Notes under the pieces: generated by a model
Database searches by the model: none
Seen by the model: only the letters and a program-made list of their open reading frames with translations
What the model was told of the DNA's origin: nothing
Shown here: positions 9,772 through 21,300 of the stretch, piece after piece
Position numbering within the stretch: position 1 is the first letter of the stretch
Layout: each line of letters opens with the position of its first letter
Assembly: GCA_964348415.1 (NCBI GenBank)
Contig: CAYGCR010000002.1
Span: 25,069 to 89,068, forward strand
From: an uncultured Ignavibacteria bacterium
GTDB lineage: Bacteria; Zixibacteria; MSB-5A5; SM1-73
DNA length: 64,000 nt
Direction of reading: 5' to 3'
Made by a program: the position numbers and the translations under genes

Positions 9772-10755
9772 ATGCTTGCGTTTATCATCATAACCTTGGT
9801 TAAGATAGCAGTGGTTCTGGTCGTTTTTCTGCTTCTGGTGGCTTACCTCACCTGGCTGGAAAGGAAGCTTCTGGGACACTTTCACGTCAGACTTGGTCCC
9901 ATGCGCGTAGGTCCTCACGGTCTGCTACAGCCCATCGCTGACGGCCTGAAACTCCTGTTCAAAGAAGACCTCATTCCGGCGAACGTAAACAAGTTTATGT
10001 ATAATTTGGCTCCGGTCCTGACCTTTGTCCCTGCCTTGATAATCGTGGCGGTTATCCCGTTCGGTAAAGAGTTTACGATCTTTGGGCGGCAGATAGATCT
10101 GGTGATTTCCAACTTCAACATGGGAGTACTCTACGTGCTTGGCGTCAGCTCCCTCGGTATATATGGGATGGTTTTAGCCGGGTGGTCTTCCAATAACAAA
10201 TACTCTCTTTTGGGCGGACTGAGATCGTCCGCTCAAATGATCAGCTATGAGATTTCCTTAGGTCTTTCCATAATCGGGGTTTTAATGCTCGCCGGGTCCT
10301 TAAGCTTGGTTGACGTGGTCAGTGCTCAAGATAATTTTTCTAACTGGTTCATCTTCCGTCAACCGCTTGCGTTCATCCTCTATTTAGTGTGCGCGGTGGC
10401 GGAGCTTAATCGTACTCCCTTTGATCTCACGGAGGCAGAAAGTGAACTGGTGGCGGGATACATGACCGAGTATTCGTCCATGAAGTTCGGCATGTTCTAC
10501 GTGGCGGAATACGGGAACATGATCAATCTGGCTGCGCTGTCGACGACCCTATTTCTGGGAGGCTGGCATGGTCCGTTCTTACCGCCGGTTGTGTGGTTCC
10601 TGGTAAAGATGGTCGCGTTCCTGTTCCTCTACATCTGGATAAGAGCCACCTTGCCCAGATTCAGATATGATCAGCTGATGAACTTCGGATGGAAGGTTCT
10701 GCTGCCTCTGGCGCTGCTCAATATTTTCATCACGGCAGTGATAATGGTCTTGTAG
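9772..10755 (+). CDS. nuoH: NADH-quinone oxidoreductase subunit H.
   Basis: Polytopic membrane protein with the conserved ND1 motifs: LERKLLGHFHVRLGP... and TPFDLTEAESELVAGY. Confidence 0.9.
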   Translation: MLAFIIITLVKIAVVLVVFLLLVAYLTWLERKLLGHFHVRLGPMRVGPHGLLQPIADGLKLLFKEDLIPANVNKFMYNLAPVLTFVPALIIVAVIPFGKEFTIFGRQIDLVISNFNMGVLYVLGVSSLGIYGMVLAGWSSNNKYSLLGGLRSSAQMISYEISLGLSIIGVLMLAGSLSLVDVVSAQDNFSNWFIFRQPLAFILYLVCAVAELNRTPFDLTEAESELVAGYMTEYSSMKFGMFYVAEYGNMINLAALSTTLFLGGWHGPFLPPVVWFLVKMVAFLFLYIWIRATLPRFRYDQLMNFGWKVLLPLALLNIFITAVIMVL

Positions 10756-10775
10756 AAAGGGTCGCAGGTTCGACT

Positions 10776-11234
10776 ATGTTTAAGGTTTTGAAAACGATAT
10801 TCTGGGCGATACCAAGGGGGTTGTCGGTGACTCTCAAGTACCTGCTTTCCAAGCCCACTACGGTGAGATACCCGGAGCAAAAACTGACACTTTCCCCGCG
10901 ATATCGGGGACTTCATTACCTGGAGAGACACGAGGACGGATCTGAGAAGTGCGTTTGCTGCGGCCTGTGTGCCGCGGCTTGCCCCTCCGGCTGCATCTAT
11001 ATGGAGCCAGCGGAAAACGAGTTCGGCGAAAGATATGCCAAAGTCTACGAGATAAACGAGCTCAGATGCATCTTCTGCGGATACTGCCAGGAGGCCTGTC
11101 CCAAGGAGGCGATATTCTTGGGAAAGGAGTACGAGTTCTCCAATGACAGACGGGATAAGCTAATATACAGCAAAGACGATCTGTTGGTTGCTTATCCCAA
11201 GAAAGCCTCGACGAACCGAACGGTCAACGGATGA
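10776..11234 (+). CDS. nuoI: NADH-quinone oxidoreductase subunit I (2x 4Fe-4S ferredoxin).
   Basis: Two CxxCxxCxxxCP motifs (CVCCGLCAAACP and CIFCGYCQEACP) and PRYRG near the N-terminus. I prefer the ATG at 10776 over the track start at 10689, which would overlap nuoH by 67 nt. Confidence 0.85.
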   Translation: MFKVLKTIFWAIPRGLSVTLKYLLSKPTTVRYPEQKLTLSPRYRGLHYLERHEDGSEKCVCCGLCAAACPSGCIYMEPAENEFGERYAKVYEINELRCIFCGYCQEACPKEAIFLGKEYEFSNDRRDKLIYSKDDLLVAYPKKASTNRTVNG

Positions 11235-11256
11235 AACGGATTGAACGGATGAGAAG

Positions 11257-11763
11257 ATGGAGATTCTGATCTTTTCTACACTGGCAATTGTTGCGGTGGT
11301 TTGTTCTGTTCTGGTTATCAGCCAGAGAAGCCCGATCGCAAGTGCCCTGTTCTTGATAGCCACCATGGTGAGCTTGGCCATATTGTTCTTGATGCTCAAC
11401 GCCCCGTTTTTGGCAGTTATCCAGGTCATCGTGTATGCAGGAGCCATTATGGTTCTGTTCATATTCGTCATCATGCTTTTGAATCTGAGACGGGACGAAT
11501 TCGGACCGGAAAAGAGAAAGGCCCAAAGGTTCTTTGCCATCCTGTTTGTGTTTCTGCTCTTGATCGGGATAGCCACGGTCATCGAACTGGGAGTGCCTGG
11601 TCTCAATCCGGTCCAGGAAACTTCTGAGGCAGAAGTACCCGCCAGCGTCGAGGCCTTAGCGCAGTTGTTGTTCACCAAATATCTCTTCCCATTTGAGCTG
11701 GCTTCGATCCTGCTTGTGGTCGCAATTGTGGGCGCCATCATAATGGCAAAGAGGAGATTGTAA
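11257..11763 (+). CDS. nuoJ: NADH-quinone oxidoreductase subunit J.
   Basis: 168-aa hydrophobic protein in the ND6 position of the operon. Confidence 0.8.
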   Translation: MEILIFSTLAIVAVVCSVLVISQRSPIASALFLIATMVSLAILFLMLNAPFLAVIQVIVYAGAIMVLFIFVIMLLNLRRDEFGPEKRKAQRFFAILFVFLLLIGIATVIELGVPGLNPVQETSEAEVPASVEALAQLLFTKYLFPFELASILLVVAIVGAIIMAKRRL

Positions 11764-11805
11764 CCGATCGACCATCCACAAAGAAGGTAATTGAAGGAAA
11801 GACCA

Positions 11806-12108
11806 ATGGTTTCTACTTCCTCCTATCTGATATTGAGCGCAGCGATCTTCACCGTCGGAGTATTGGGTGTTTTGGCGAGGCGCAACATCTTGATCATGTT
11901 TATGTCCATCGAGCTGATGCTGAACGCGGTCAACCTGGCCCTTGTAGCCCTGTCCAGACATTTAGGTTCCCTGGACGGGCAGGTGATTGTGTTTCTGGTC
12001 ATGACCGTGGCAGCGGCAGAGGCCGCGGTGGGATTGGCCATCATCATCTGTCTTTTCAGGAACAAAAAGAGCGTGAACGTGGACGATTATAACCTGATGA
12101 AATGGTGA
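11806..12108 (+). CDS. nuoK: NADH-quinone oxidoreductase subunit K.
   Basis: About 100-aa 3-TM protein. The [13 protein letters not shown] motif is typical of ND4L. I prefer the ATG at 11806 with a GAAGGAAAG RBS; the track used the TTG at 11791. Confidence 0.85.
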   Translation: MVSTSSYLILSAAIFTVGVLGVLARRNILIMFMSIELMLNAVNLALVALSRHLGSLDGQVIVFLVMTVAAAEAAVGLAIIICLFRNKKSVNVDDYNLMKW

Positions 12109-12158
12109 ATGCTTTCGGCCATTAAAGGCAAAATGCCACAGACAAACTGCGAAGCGTT

Positions 12159-14108
12159 ATGAATTACGTTTACTTAGTCCCATTATTTCCATTCATCGGT
12201 TTTGTGACAAACGGGCTTATGCGACTGTCTCAGAAGTCACCTTTCGAGGAAAAGAGTTGGGTGAAGGGTCTGGTAAGCTGGATAGGCTGCGGCTCAGTGG
12301 GCCTGTCATTTCTGACATCAGTTATCATATTCTTCCAACTTTTAGCTCTGCCGGCAGGGGAGAGGGTGGTGCAAAAAATCGCCTTCCCCTGGATTCTGTC
12401 CGGAGACTTTCATATAGACGTGGGCTTTCTGCTGGATCCTCTCTCCGCTGTCATGATCCTGGTGGTTTCCGGTGTGGGATTCATCATACACCTCTACTCC
12501 ACCGGCTATATGGCAGAGGATAAAGGATATGCCCGATACTTCTCGTACCTGAATCTTTTCACCTTCTTCATGTTGATGCTGGTCTTGTCCAACAATTTTC
12601 TGTTGCTGTATTTAGGATGGGAAGGCGTAGGCCTTTGTTCCTACCTCCTGATTGGTTTCTGGTATGAGAAAAAGAGCGCCGCAGATGCGGGAAAGAAAGC
12701 TTTTATCGTGAACCGAATCGGGGACTTCGGTTTTGCCCTGGGGGTGATACTGATTTTCTGGACCTTCGGCAGTCTCAACTTCGCAGACGTGTTCGACAAC
12801 GCTCCACATGTTCTGGCCGCGGGAGGGGGGCTGGTCACCGCCATGACCCTGCTTCTGTTTATGGGAGCCATCGGCAAGTCGGCTCAGATACCTCTTTACG
12901 TGTGGCTCCCGGATGCCATGGAGGGCCCCACTCCTGTGTCTGCTTTGATTCATGCAGCCACCATGGTTACCGCGGGAGTATACATGGTGGCAAGATGTCA
13001 CGCTCTCTTCATTCTGGCTCCCTTCACCATGGGGGTGGTGGCTGTGATCGGCGCTGCGACCGCCATGTACGCCGCGTCCATCGGCTTGGTGCAGAATGAT
13101 ATCAAGAGGGTGCTGGCGTACTCCACCATCAGCCAGTTAGGCTATATGTTCTTGGCCTGCGGAGTGGGAGCCTTCGCGGTGGGGATATTTCATCTTATGA
13201 CCCACGCGTTTTTTAAAGCTTTACTCTTCCTTTCCGCCGGGTCAGTCATGCATGCCCTGTCCGGCGAACTGAATATGCAGAAGATGGGCGGCTTGAAGAA
13301 ATACCTGCCGGTGACCTTCTGGTGTTTTCTTGTCGGAACTTTAGCCATCTCCGGCATTCCTCTTTTCTCCGGGTTCTTCAGCAAGGATGAAATCCTGTGG
13401 AGGGCATTCTCAAGCGAACAGGGCCACGCGGTCCTCTGGTTGGTGGGAGTGTTTACCGCAGGCCTGACCGCCTTCTACATGTTCAGATTGTTCTTCATGA
13501 CCTTCATGGGAAAATCCAGAATGGACCCACAGGTTGAAGCTCACGTGCATGAATCCCCGAAATCCATGACCATTCCTCTGACTGTCCTGGCGGTGCTTTC
13601 CGTCATCGGCGGCTACGTCGGTATTCCTGCGTCGCTGGGAGGGTCCAACCGGTTTGAGGGATTCTTGGCATCTGTGTTTGAGCCCGGTCATGCCGCCGCT
13701 CACGAAGTATCCCACCAGGTGCCGTCTGCAAAGTACATCCTGATGGTAATCTCCATAGCCGTGGTGCTGGTTTCCATTCTCGTGGCGTCGAGGTTCTACC
13801 TCAAGGACCTGGGGATTCCCAGGAGGCTGGCGGAAAGATACAGCTTCCCCTATCGGGTTCTGTTCAACAAATACTACGTGGACGAGCTTTATGCTGAAGT
13901 TGCGGTGAATCCGCTGCTCAACCTGGCCTTGTTCCTGTGGAAGCAATTCGACGTCCTGGTGATAGATGGCGCGGCCAATGGCATAGCTTACCTGGTCAAG
14001 GGAGTTGGCTCGGTGATAAGAAGGGCCCAGACTGGTTACTTGCGCAACTATGCTCTATCGTTGATATTCGGAGCTATGCTTATCCTGATTTACTTCGTCT
14101 TCAGGTGA
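12159..14108 (+). CDS. nuoL: NADH-quinone oxidoreductase subunit L.
   Basis: 649-aa ND5-type antiporter-like subunit with a long C-terminal extension, in the L position of the operon. Confidence 0.88.
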   Translation: MNYVYLVPLFPFIGFVTNGLMRLSQKSPFEEKSWVKGLVSWIGCGSVGLSFLTSVIIFFQLLALPAGERVVQKIAFPWILSGDFHIDVGFLLDPLSAVMILVVSGVGFIIHLYSTGYMAEDKGYARYFSYLNLFTFFMLMLVLSNNFLLLYLGWEGVGLCSYLLIGFWYEKKSAADAGKKAFIVNRIGDFGFALGVILIFWTFGSLNFADVFDNAPHVLAAGGGLVTAMTLLLFMGAIGKSAQIPLYVWLPDAMEGPTPVSALIHAATMVTAGVYMVARCHALFILAPFTMGVVAVIGAATAMYAASIGLVQNDIKRVLAYSTISQLGYMFLACGVGAFAVGIFHLMTHAFFKALLFLSAGSVMHALSGELNMQKMGGLKKYLPVTFWCFLVGTLAISGIPLFSGFFSKDEILWRAFSSEQGHAVLWLVGVFTAGLTAFYMFRLFFMTFMGKSRMDPQVEAHVHESPKSMTIPLTVLAVLSVIGGYVGIPASLGGSNRFEGFLASVFEPGHAAAHEVSHQVPSAKYILMVISIAVVLVSILVASRFYLKDLGIPRRLAERYSFPYRVLFNKYYVDELYAEVAVNPLLNLALFLWKQFDVLVIDGAANGIAYLVKGVGSVIRRAQTGYLRNYALSLIFGAMLILIYFVFR

Positions 14109-14112
14109 GACT

Positions 14113-15720
14113 ATGGATAGCTGGATTTTGACCATACTTACGTTCTTCCCCATGCTGGGAGTGTTGGTACTGCTTTTCGTGGAAAAGGGCAGGCATAACG
14201 CCATCCGAACAATTGCCTTCATCGCGTCTTTGTTGAATGCTTTACTCTCGCTGTACGTGTATTTCGGCTTCGCCACCGATTCGTCAGCAATGCAGTTTTC
14301 CGTCAACAAGATTTGGATTGAGACTCTGGGAATCAGCTACCATCTGGGCATCGACGGAATAAGCCTGTTTTTGGTTCTGCTGACCACGTTTCTTACGCCC
14401 CTGGCGATTCTCTCCTCCTGGTCCGCTGTCACCGACAAGGTCAAAGGCTACTTCATCTCCATGCTGTTTTTGGAAACCGGGATGATCGGGGTCTTCGTCG
14501 CTTTGGATTTGTTTTTGTTCTATGTGTTCTGGGAACTCATGCTGGTTCCCATGTATTTTCTCATAGGTATCTGGGGCGGACCGAGAAGAATATACGCCAC
14601 CATAAAGTTCGTGCTCTTTACTATGACCGGCTCCCTTCTGATGCTGGTGGCGATATTGGTTCTGTATTTCATGAATCACAGCTATACCGGAGCATATACC
14701 TTCGACCTTTTCGAGATAACCAAGCTCCCTATTCCGTTGGGTGCGCAGTTCTGGCTGTTCTTTGCCTTTGCTTTGGCTTTCGCCATTAAGGTTCCCATGT
14801 TTCCGTTCCACACCTGGCTCCCGGACGCGCACGTGGAGGCTCCCACTGCCGGATCGGTCATTCTGGCCGGCGTGCTTCTTAAAATGGGAACGTACGGTTT
14901 CTTAAGATTCTGCTTACCCTTGTTCCCGAACGCATTCAAGGATTATGTTCCCTTGTTCTCAGTGTTGGCGATAATTGGCGTATTGTATGGTGCTTTAGTT
15001 TGCATAAGGCAAGAGGACGTGAAGAGTTTGGTGGCCTTCTCGTCAGTCAGCCACCTGGGCTTTGTGATGCTCGGTCTTTTTGCTCTTAACATTCAGGGGA
15101 TTGAGGGCGGCATTCTTCAGATGATCAATCACGGCATCTCCACCGGAGCGCTGTTTTTGATAGTGGGGATGATATATGAGAGAAGACATACCCGTCTGAT
15201 CGTCGATTTCGGAGGCGTATCCAAGAGAATGCCCGTTCTTGCAGCTTTCTTTATGATCGTTGCCCTTTCGTCCATCGGGCTTCCCGGAACCAACGGGTTT
15301 GTGGGAGAATTCACCATTCTTCTGGGCACGTTCAAGTCGAACGTGGCCTACGCTGTATTGGCGGCAGTGGGCATCATCTTGGCTGCGGTCTACATGCTGT
15401 GGATGTATCAGCGGGTGATGTTCGGAAAAGTCACAGACCCCGAAAATCAGAAGCTGAAAGATATCAACTGGCGGGAGAAGATGGTGTTGATACCTTTGAT
15501 CCTTGCTATATTCTGGATCGGTGTATATCCCAAGCCTGTCTTTACCAGAATGGGGCCTTCGGTGACGGCTCTGATAGAGAATGCCAAGACCAAGTATGAG
15601 GAAAACCGGCTCTTGCAAGCGGGCTCTCAGACAGATAAGCAAAGCACGGAATTCGAGGACCTGAAGGCTGAGACCGCGAATCCTGGTTTGGAAGGCCCGG
15701 AAGGATCAGGAGAAATGTAG
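14113..15720 (+). CDS. nuoM: NADH-quinone oxidoreductase subunit M.
   Basis: 535-aa ND4-type antiporter-like subunit. Confidence 0.88.
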   Translation: MDSWILTILTFFPMLGVLVLLFVEKGRHNAIRTIAFIASLLNALLSLYVYFGFATDSSAMQFSVNKIWIETLGISYHLGIDGISLFLVLLTTFLTPLAILSSWSAVTDKVKGYFISMLFLETGMIGVFVALDLFLFYVFWELMLVPMYFLIGIWGGPRRIYATIKFVLFTMTGSLLMLVAILVLYFMNHSYTGAYTFDLFEITKLPIPLGAQFWLFFAFALAFAIKVPMFPFHTWLPDAHVEAPTAGSVILAGVLLKMGTYGFLRFCLPLFPNAFKDYVPLFSVLAIIGVLYGALVCIRQEDVKSLVAFSSVSHLGFVMLGLFALNIQGIEGGILQMINHGISTGALFLIVGMIYERRHTRLIVDFGGVSKRMPVLAAFFMIVALSSIGLPGTNGFVGEFTILLGTFKSNVAYAVLAAVGIILAAVYMLWMYQRVMFGKVTDPENQKLKDINWREKMVLIPLILAIFWIGVYPKPVFTRMGPSVTALIENAKTKYEENRLLQAGSQTDKQSTEFEDLKAETANPGLEGPEGSGEM

Positions 15721-17175
15721 ATGGATTGGACCTTTCCAGCGATCAATCTCAAACTTATTCTGCCGGAGATCATCCTCTGCGTCTTCGCCATCCTGATCAT
15801 GCTTCTGGATCCTTTCCTCTCCAAAGGACGGAAGATGATTTCGGGCCACATCGCCTGGGTAGCCATAGTGCTGGCATTTTGGGCCAACCTCAGTCTCTGG
15901 GACCTTCAGGAGGCGACCCTCAGTGAGATGTTCCTGGTAGACAACTACGCAACCTTCTTCAAGTTCATCTTCCTGGCCGGATCATTTCTGATAATCTTCG
16001 TCTCCATGAATTATCTGAAGAGGGAAGAGATTCTGCACGGGGAGTACTTCAGTTTGATTCTGTTTTCTACTTTAGGAATGACGCTTTTGGCATCTGGCTT
16101 TGACCTGGTGATTATCTTCCTGGGTCTGGAGATCATGTCGGTTTCGCTCTATGTCTTGGCGGGATTTAAAAGAGAAGATTTGAACTCCAACGAGGCGGCG
16201 TTGAAATACTTCTTAATGGGGGCTTTTGCAACAGGATTCTTACTGTACGGCATCGTGATGATTTATGGAAGCACGGGAAGCACCAACTTAGAGCAGATAA
16301 TCAAGAGCATCGCTTTTGGCGGAGGCAGTCCCAATCTGTTGATCTGGGCTGGAGCGGGATTGCTTTTGGTGGGCTTCGGATTTAAGATAGCCTCAGTTCC
16401 TTTTCACATGTGGGTGCCGGACGTGTACCAGGGGGCTCCGACTCCGGTAACTGCTTTCATCTCTGCCGGGCCGAAGGCGGCAGGATTTGCAGCGCTGTTA
16501 AGGGTATTCCTGTTCTCTTTCGTAACCATAAAGCTCGACTGGACCGTCATTGTGTGGATCATGGCAGCTTTGACAATGACGGTTGGAAACGTTATTGCCA
16601 TAGCTCAATCCGACATCAAGCGCATGCTGGCATATTCGTCCATCGCGCACGCCGGCTACGTGCTGATAGCGTTGGTAGCTGGGGGAGAAAGTGGAATCTC
16701 CAGCGCACTCTTTTATCTTTTAGCGTACACCTTCATGAACATTGGGGCTTTCACCGTGGTGATTGCACTGGGAAGGAAAGGTGAGGAGAACACTGGTCTG
16801 GACGACTATTCGGGGCTTGGCACCAGATCTCCGCTTTTAGCCGTCGTCATGTCGGTCTTCATGTTTTCGTTGGCGGGATTTCCTCCCACCGCCGGATTCA
16901 TGGGGAAATTCTACGTGTTCAGTGCGGCGGTGAAGTCGGGATTCGTAGGACTGGCCATAATTGGAGTTCTGAACAGCCTGGTCTCGGTTTACTACTACTT
17001 GAGAGTTGTGGTGGTCATGTTCATGCAGCCTCCGCCAGCCGAGACGCAGCGGGTTCCGGTGGCGTTTGGCGCGGGACTGGTCCTTTTAGTTTCTGTCTGG
17101 GGAGTTCTTCATTTCGGCATATTCCCCGATAGGCTGCTCAACCTGGCTCAAGCGTCTGTTTCCTCCATATTCTAG
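15721..17175 (+). CDS. nuoN: NADH-quinone oxidoreductase subunit N.
   Basis: 484-aa ND2-type subunit. Its start codon abuts the nuoM stop. Confidence 0.88.
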   Translation: MDWTFPAINLKLILPEIILCVFAILIMLLDPFLSKGRKMISGHIAWVAIVLAFWANLSLWDLQEATLSEMFLVDNYATFFKFIFLAGSFLIIFVSMNYLKREEILHGEYFSLILFSTLGMTLLASGFDLVIIFLGLEIMSVSLYVLAGFKREDLNSNEAALKYFLMGAFATGFLLYGIVMIYGSTGSTNLEQIIKSIAFGGGSPNLLIWAGAGLLLVGFGFKIASVPFHMWVPDVYQGAPTPVTAFISAGPKAAGFAALLRVFLFSFVTIKLDWTVIVWIMAALTMTVGNVIAIAQSDIKRMLAYSSIAHAGYVLIALVAGGESGISSALFYLLAYTFMNIGAFTVVIALGRKGEENTGLDDYSGLGTRSPLLAVVMSVFMFSLAGFPPTAGFMGKFYVFSAAVKSGFVGLAIIGVLNSLVSVYYYLRVVVVMFMQPPPAETQRVPVAFGAGLVLLVSVWGVLHFGIFPDRLLNLAQASVSSIF

Positions 17176-17392
17176 CGCAAGAACGAGAAGCCCCCTATTG
17201 CCGCATCTCTCCAGTTCCCGCGTCAAGCTAGGGGAACTCAAAAACAATTCAGTCCTTAGAGCGACTCCTCTTTTATCCAGAGGGAAGCCCGGGGAAATTC
17301 GGAAACGCTAGCTCATCCTGCCCGAGCCTAAGGATAGCTCCTGCGGATGTTCTTGTGAGCACGACGCGCGGGAGATCCCTCGGGAAGAATCG

Positions 17393-17520
17393 CGAGGGCA
17401 AAAAAGAAGGTCGGGTGTTACCGTCAGACACCCGACCGATGAAAGGAGTGAAAAATGAAGGCCTCACTCTTTCTTGGGTGTATACGCTGAAACCCGCGTA
17501 AGGTTTCAAAAATCTTTAGT
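17393..17520 (+). repeat. Copy A of a ~120-nt conserved intergenic element: a hairpin followed by AGGAGTGAAAAATGA and downstream conserved blocks. Candidate sRNA or cis-regulatory element.
   Basis: Direct alignment against copy B shows shared blocks TCGGGTG...CACCCGA, AGGAGTGAAAAA(A)TGA, TATACGC, CCC, GGTT-CAAAAATCTT. Confidence 0.5.
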
Positions 17521-17854
17521 TGTCAGCAAAAATTCACCATAAACACGAATACTGTGTGAACCGCCCCATCGCCATGACTCTTTCCATCTATCCGTTTATC
17601 AGACGCTGACTGCGGGATTCGTCGCTAACACGCATAAAGGTCGTGACTCGTATGCCAGGCCAGCAGGTATTCCCGAAGCCTCCAAACCGCCGGCGTCAGC
17701 ATTTCCGGTGTTGAAGCGCCGTGGATCCTTCGCTTCCCCCGCAATGACGATTTTAGGCTTCCGATAACACGAACAGGGGATCACCAATGGGGGATGAGTT
17801 AGTACAAGCGCCAGCCTGGGTGAGAAGTGCCGGACGTACTTCTCGCTACGTGTA

Positions 17855-17990
17855 ACCGAGAAAACAAAGATCGGGTGCTCTGCTAAGAACACCCGATTTA
17901 GGCAAAGAAAGGAGTGAAAAAATGAGCGCGCCGCTATCTTCTCTTGTTTATACGCCCAGACCCTAGGGTGGGTTCCAAAAATCTTCCGTA
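17855..17990 (+). repeat. Copy B of the ~120-nt conserved intergenic element.
   Basis: Same conserved blocks as copy A. The short ORFs embedded in the two copies are in different frames, so the conservation is at the nucleotide level. Confidence 0.5.
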
Positions 17991-18104
17991 TAATCAGAGC
18001 AACGGAGATCGCCGAACCTTCCGGAAGATCAGCGCTGGAAATTCCCGGGCCCGGAGCACTGCGGACTCTTCGCTTCGCCGGGAGTGATATGAAGAAGCGT
18101 GGTT

Positions 18105-18130
18105 GCCCAATTATTGGGCCCTCTTTTTTG
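18105..18130 (+). terminator. Rho-independent terminator candidate: GCCCAA-TTA-TTGGGC stem-loop followed by a T6 run.
   Basis: Perfect 6-bp GC-rich stem followed by CCTCTTTTTTG on the plus strand. No U-run is present on the minus-strand reading. Confidence 0.5.
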
Positions 18131-18319
18131 TCGATGAATCGAGCAACAACGTCGACAAGCTCTTTGTGGATGCCATCCCAGAAAGGTATCTGGAATCTAC
18201 AACAGGAAGGCCGTAGGATGCGGGTGAGGGGTCCAACCCTTGTACAATGAGACTTAATCTACGAGTCAAAGGGATTGAGCGTGATAACGGATTAAACGGA
18301 TAGAACGGACGAACGAAAA

Positions 18320-21300
18320 CTAGGTTTGCATCCGCTTAATCTGTTCCATCCGTTGACCACTCTGACGCTTTCTCTTCTTGAACTCTCTGGCCTGGTGCAT
18401 GAAAGCCTCTAGGCGGGTTATTTCGTTGACGTCCTCCAGACCCTCGTAGGCCAAGTTAAGCCAGGGTACGTTGTCGAAATCCTCCCGGATTTTCTTTGAG
18501 ATAGCGGTGACTACAGTTCCGGGCATGCAGGCAAAGGGCATGGTGTTGACGATTCCAGAAAGTCCGTGGTCGATGTAATCGATGGCTTTCCCAACCGAGA
18601 GTATGGCTTCGCCGCCGAAGGATTCGTGCAGATAAGGGCTGGCCAGTTCCAAAATGTGCTCAATACCGGGTTCGTGGCCCTCCAGAATTGATCCTTCCAG
18701 CCTTTTCTCCAGCCGGTATTCTTTTCCTCTCTGGATCCGGTCGGTTAACCAGCCTTTTGCGTAGTCTTTGTAGCTTCTCTTAAGGAGGCTTAGCCTTTTG
18801 TACATGTAGGTGGTATAGTTGATCCATTCGGCCATCCCCGCCACCCATGCTTCTCCTCCCAGAGCCTCAATTTTTCTAACGAGGCTATTGTTGGAAAACC
18901 TGTTGGACCTTATGTAGATCTCTCCCACCACTCCGATGATCGGCTTCCTCTTTTCTCTATCCATTTCAATTTTGCGAAACATGTGCTTCGCCCAGGTCAG
19001 AGTCTCCTCGATGTCACCTTTGGATCTGATGGTTCTGGCCAACTGTTCCAAGCACCGGCGGTGGACCCGGTCGGTCTCACCTTTTTTCTTTTCATAGGGT
19101 CTGTTCTGATGCAGAAGCTTTGCCAGAAGATCTGTTGTCACCATCCCCTTCCACGCTAATTTGCGAAAATCACCGTCGAGGTTCGAAACAGTGGAATAAG
19201 AATCCTTGGAGTCCGGGGAGACAATCGGAACGTTAGGATAACCCATCTCATCCAGTATCACGCGGTGCAGGTTATGATACTGGCCGAATCGACAAGGACC
19301 GTTGGCCTTGGGCATGAAGAAGGCGACCTTATCTGCGTCTACTTCTGGTTTCCTCAGAAACTTGAGAAGATCGCCCGTGGTCAGAATGCAGGGGTAGCAT
19401 TCTTTTCCGGTGGTGAACTTCCTTCCCAGAATAAGTGTTTCCTCATCCGATTCGTCCATTACGTGAGCTTCCTGCCCACACGCTTCCAGAGCGGCTTCGA
19501 ACGATAAGGCATGATCACACATATAGGGGATATACAAAGTCCTGTGATTTTCAGACACAGCGATTTTGTATTTTTGTGCAGGTGGCTTCTTGTCGTATGG
19601 AGGCCGGTATTTCTTCAGGCTGTCCAAGAAAGCTTCGCAGCGGGTGATAACACCGGCGTCTGCAGAATGCTCATCCAGCTCGATCTGAAGATAAGGTTTG
19701 CCACACACATTCTTCCTGAAGAAATGAGTGATGAAAGAATCGGGACCACACCCGAAATTGGTTACATACAACCCGAAAAGGTTTTTGTGCATTTTGAGGA
19801 CTTCGGATGCCGCCAGAATCTTCTGCCCGTATTTCCAGTACATGTTAGGCAGATGGTCCCTTTTGATTTGAGGATCATGGATCAGGAAATCCATTGGAAT
19901 CGCCGGGGCGCCTAAGTCCGCAAGCTTTTTGGGTAGATTCAAGCTGAGTTCAAGATCGCAGGTGTTGTAGGGTCTTCCCACAATCACCAAAGCCTTCTGA
20001 TTCTCCTGCAGGTCTCGTAAGACCTCTTTCCCTTTTAAGGCTAGCCTTCGGTAAAACTCCTCCTGACAGGCTTCGGCCTTGAGCATGGCTTGAGCTATCT
20101 GTCTTTTTGTCCTCTTCAGCTCGCTTCCCAGCCTGGCGAGCGTCTTCAGAAGAATGCCCCTGTCCAGTTGGAAATATACCGGAAAGGAAATCAAGCGAGT
20201 CGAGTAATCTTCAAGATTTATGGCAGCTTTCATGACGTACGGCAGGGACTGCACATAAGGACAAGCATAATTCTCCTGATTGTGGTCATCCTCCTTTTGC
20301 ATGTTAATCAAGCTGGGGATGAAAATATAGTCCACTTTTTTGTTCAGGAGATTCAAAACGTGCCCGTGTGCTACCTTAACCGGAAAACAGCTTTCGGAAA
20401 GAACCTGTTCCGCACCCTGGCGGATGATCTTTTTGTTGGTCGGGTCGGAGAGCACCACCTCAAAGCCCAGCTCCTCGAAGAAGGTGGCCCAGTACGGGAA
20501 GAATTCGTACAAGAAAAGCGATCGGGGGATTCCGATCTTTTTCCTTGTTGTGGTCTTCAAACCAACTTGAGAGGATACAAATTCCTTGTGAAGGTTGAAG
20601 AGTATTCTCTCTCTTTCTCTAAACAGATCAGGAATGCTCGGTCTTTTGGATTTTCTTTTGGTGTCGTATTTTTCGCAACGGCTTCCATAGAATAGAGGCC
20701 GTTCACCCTCGACCTTGACCTCTTTTATCTCGCAGCGGTTGGGGCAGTCAGTGCATTCGAAAGTGGAAATGGAGTATTGCTTTTCAGACAGATCGAATCC
20801 CTTAAAGCTACTTTTGCCGCCCTTATACTCTTCCATGGCCAAGATGGCAGCACCTATGGCACCGGTTACATCATGATGAGGAGGAACGGTAACCTTTTTG
20901 CCGATAACCTCCTCGAAGGCAGCCACCACCGCTTTGTTCCAAGCTACCCCACCCTGGAAGAAGATGTGGTTACCCACCCTTTTGTCACCGACGACCTTAT
21001 TCAGGTAATTGTAGACTATCGAGCAGGCCAGACCCGCCACCAGGTCCTCTTTAGGAATGCCACTCTGCTGATGCGCCACAAGATCAGATTCCATGAAAAC
21101 CGTACAACGCTCGCCACAGTTGACCGGGCACCTGGATTTAAGCGCTAGATCCCCGAATTCCTCCTCAATATTGATGGACAGCTTTTCCGCCTGCTCTTGC
21201 AGGAACGATCCCGTTCCGGCCGCGCATACCTTGTTCATTTCGAAATCTACAACTGCTCCATCCTGCAGGCTGACATACTTTGAATCCTGCCCTCCAATCT

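Noticed and set aside
10689-10775. Longer nuoI start overlapping nuoH by 67 nt.
   Set aside because: The ATG at 10776 gives the expected spacing to the PRYRG motif, matching the E. coli NuoI N-terminus, and avoids the overlap. The 5' extension is probably just open frame.
17176-17230. Hairpin after nuoN (GTTCCC-N11-GGGAAC) as the nuo terminator.
   Set aside because: No downstream T-run follows, so it does not meet the intrinsic terminator pattern. I cannot identify the nuo operon terminator with confidence.
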